A DNA stretch of 16,684 bases from Planctomycetota bacterium. Its GTDB lineage: Bacteria; Planctomycetota; UBA1135; UBA2386. The stretch is taken from NCBI GenBank assembly GCA_947501605.1, contig CANMWZ010000056.1, forward strand, positions 1 to 16,684, in the 5' to 3' direction. Made by a program: the position numbers and the translations under genes. Positions within the stretch are counted from its first letter, which is position 1; each line of letters starts with the position of its first letter. The notes below the pieces were generated by a model. That model was not told the DNA's origin. It worked only from the letters and a program-made list of their open reading frames with translations, and did no database searches. Below, piece by piece: positions 14,693 through 16,684 of the stretch.

Positions 14693-16165
14693 TCAGTCGC
14701 GCAAGAACGCGAGCAGCGTGCGAACCGCAGTGCCCGACGCGCCGGATCGATAGTAGTCCTTGCTGATGCCGCCCCACGCGGTGCCGGCAATGTCAAGATG
14801 CGCCCACGGCGTGTCGCCAACGAAGAAGCTCAGGAACGCTGCACCTGCGATCGTGCCGCCACCCTGACCAGCATTGATGTTGGCGAGGTCGGCGAACTTC
14901 GACTTCATCTGCTCCTTGTGCACATCCCACAGCGGCAACTGCCACAGCGGCTCGTCCGCGGCCTTGCCTGCCGCGAGGAGCGAGTCGATCAGCTTCTGAT
15001 CGTTGCCGAGCACGCCGGCGACCTCGTGACCAAGCGCGACGACGACCGCGCCGGTCAACGTCGCCAGATCGACGATCTGCTTGGGAGCGTAGAACTTCTT
15101 GGCATAGGCGATCGCATCGCACAGCACGAGCCGCCCCTCGGCATCGGTGTTGAGCACTTCGATCGTGTGACCGTCCATGGCACGAACGACGTCCCCCGGC
15201 TTCTGCGCCTCGGGTCCGACCATGTTCTCGGCAGCGGCGATCAGACCGACGATACGACGCTTTGACTTGCTGCCGGCGATCGCACCGTGCTTCAAGGCAT
15301 GGAACAGGCCGAGCACCGCACCGGCGCCGCACATGTCGTAGCGCATCTCGTCCATCTTGGAGGCAGGCTTGATGCTGATGCCGCCGCTGTCGAACGTGAG
15401 GCCCTTGCCGATGATGCAGACCGTTTCCTTTGCCGAGGCCGGGCCGAACTCGAGGGCGATGAACTTCGGCGCCTCGCTGCTGCCCTTGGCGACGCCGAGC
15501 ATCGCCCCCATCTTGAGGCGCGTCATCGCCGCCGTGTCGAGCACCTTCACGCGCACGCCCGACCCGACAAGCTTCTTGGCTGCGTTCGCAAGAACCGTCG
15601 GCGTGCACAAGTTGCCCGCCATGTTCTCGAGATCGCGAGCGTAGTTGGTGGCCAACGCACCGATCTCGCCGCGGGCAAAGCCGCGAGCAAATGCCGCATG
15701 GTCGCCGTCGAGCAACACCACGACGCACTCCTGGCCCTTGCGCGGTTTTGGTGCGTCCTTCTTCGGCGGCTGGTAGCGATAGGCGCCGAGCAGCAACCCC
15801 TCGGCGATGGCCGCACCAGCGGCCTCGGCGGCGACGCTGCCGAGTGCATCCTTGCCGAGAACCAGTTCGAACGACCGCACCAAGCGGTCCTCCGCCATCG
15901 CCTGCGCAATCGCCGCGCAACGCCGCAACCGCTCGGTATCGATGTCCTTGCTCTTGCCGAGCGAGACGCACCCCATTCGGTCAGGCCCCTTGGCCGGATG
16001 GAACACGCTTTGGGTGCGCGCATCGGTCTTTAGGTCCCCGGTCTTCTTGGCGGCGGCGAAGGCGGCGTGCAGCGGGCCCTTCAGACTGCTCGCTTCGCCG
16101 TCGACGGCGAACACCACGGTCAGTTCGGACTTGGGAGCGGCGGACTTGGCGGAGCGGATCTTCAT
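14693..16165 (-). CDS. pepA: Leucyl aminopeptidase (M17)
   Basis: GKGLTFDSGGISIKP, DMCGAG, NTDAEGRLVL, DLATLTGA, WAHLDIAGT. Start ATG 16165. Confidence 0.96.
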   Translation of the reverse strand: MKIRSAKSAAPKSELTVVFAVDGEASSLKGPLHAAFAAAKKTGDLKTDARTQSVFHPAKGPDRMGCVSLGKSKDIDTERLRRCAAIAQAMAEDRLVRSFELVLGKDALGSVAAEAAGAAIAEGLLLGAYRYQPPKKDAPKPRKGQECVVVLLDGDHAAFARGFARGEIGALATNYARDLENMAGNLCTPTVLANAAKKLVGSGVRVKVLDTAAMTRLKMGAMLGVAKGSSEAPKFIALEFGPASAKETVCIIGKGLTFDSGGISIKPASKMDEMRYDMCGAGAVLGLFHALKHGAIAGSKSKRRIVGLIAAAENMVGPEAQKPGDVVRAMDGHTIEVLNTDAEGRLVLCDAIAYAKKFYAPKQIVDLATLTGAVVVALGHEVAGVLGNDQKLIDSLLAAGKAADEPLWQLPLWDVHKEQMKSKFADLANINAGQGGGTIAGAAFLSFFVGDTPWAHLDIAGTAWGGISKDYYRSGASGTAVRTLLAFLRD

Positions 16166-16270
16166 CGTGCGGCGGTTCGGTGGGTTCGGGCGCTGCGTTC
16201 TACCGGTGAAGCGCCGCGCGACCAAACGAACACTTCCGCGGTCGACCCTGCACGTCGTGGAAGGCAGTCC

Positions 16271-16684
16271 TCACCCGTCTGCATCGGGCCGCGGCAACTC
16301 GCCAACCCAGCGCTGGTCGCCAGAGCCCAAAAGCGTCTCACGCTTCCAGATTGGCACCTCAGCTTTCACGCGGTCCATCAAGTAGCGACACGCATCGAAG
16401 GCAGGTCCGCGATGTTCGGCAGCGACCACCACGAGCACACAAGTCTCGCCAACCGGGACAACACCGAGTCGGTGCACAACGCGCGCCCGCGTGATCGCGA
16501 AGCGCTTCTTGGACTCCTCGAAGAGACGACGCATCACCTGTTGCGCCATCTCGTCGTAGGCCTCATACGCAAGCTGCGTCACGGCGACACCCTCGTTGTG
16601 GTTGCGCGTGGTGCCGGCAAACGTGACCACTGCACCATCGCGGTCGGTGCGCACTTCGCGTTCGATCGCACGCGGGTCGAGGGC
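16271..16684 (-). CDS. moaE: Molybdopterin synthase catalytic subunit (5' end outside window)
   Basis: GAVVTFAGTTRN, LAYEAYDEMA, HRLG, AAEHRGPAFDAC, KAEVPIWKRE. The frame is open to the window edge (ALDPRAIEREV...). Confidence 0.95.
   Translation of the reverse strand, partial: ALDPRAIEREVRTDRDGAVVTFAGTTRNHNEGVAVTQLAYEAYDEMAQQVMRRLFEESKKRFAITRARVVHRLGVVPVGETCVLVVVAAEHRGPAFDACRYLMDRVKAEVPIWKRETLLGSGDQRWVGELPRPDADG

Noticed and set aside
15330..15350. PepA MRYDM instead of the usual MKYDM as loss of a catalytic Lys
   Set aside because: The catalytic and metal-binding Lys residues lie in KGLTFD and ISIKP, and both are intact.

Overview
GC-rich bacterial DNA whose gene content (exported sulfatase, transthyretin-like repeat protein, exported peptidase) suggests a planctomycete (inference). 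The right part (7418-16684) is host-like: a degenerate histidine-phosphatase gene is divergent from an orphan double-domain KaiC/RAD55-like ATPase, followed by a minus-strand run of moaE, pepA, acs, an exported Xaa-Pro aminopeptidase and a sulfatase. The left part (1-7380) is an accessory region around a MATE transporter. It holds three divergent paralogues of a small secreted Cys-rich protein: 2337-2852, 6001-6510 and a third at 419->1 (minus) that is absent from the ORF track. The two complete copies are each followed directly by a membrane-anchored partner gene, and the two partners are homologous to each other. Each Cys-rich gene has a C/G homopolymer of 8-10 nt upstream; at 6001 it lies in a -35/-10 spacer, which suggests phase variation. 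A probable IS481-type end remnant marks the left edge of the island. All alignments and motif calls were made by eye; no searches were run.
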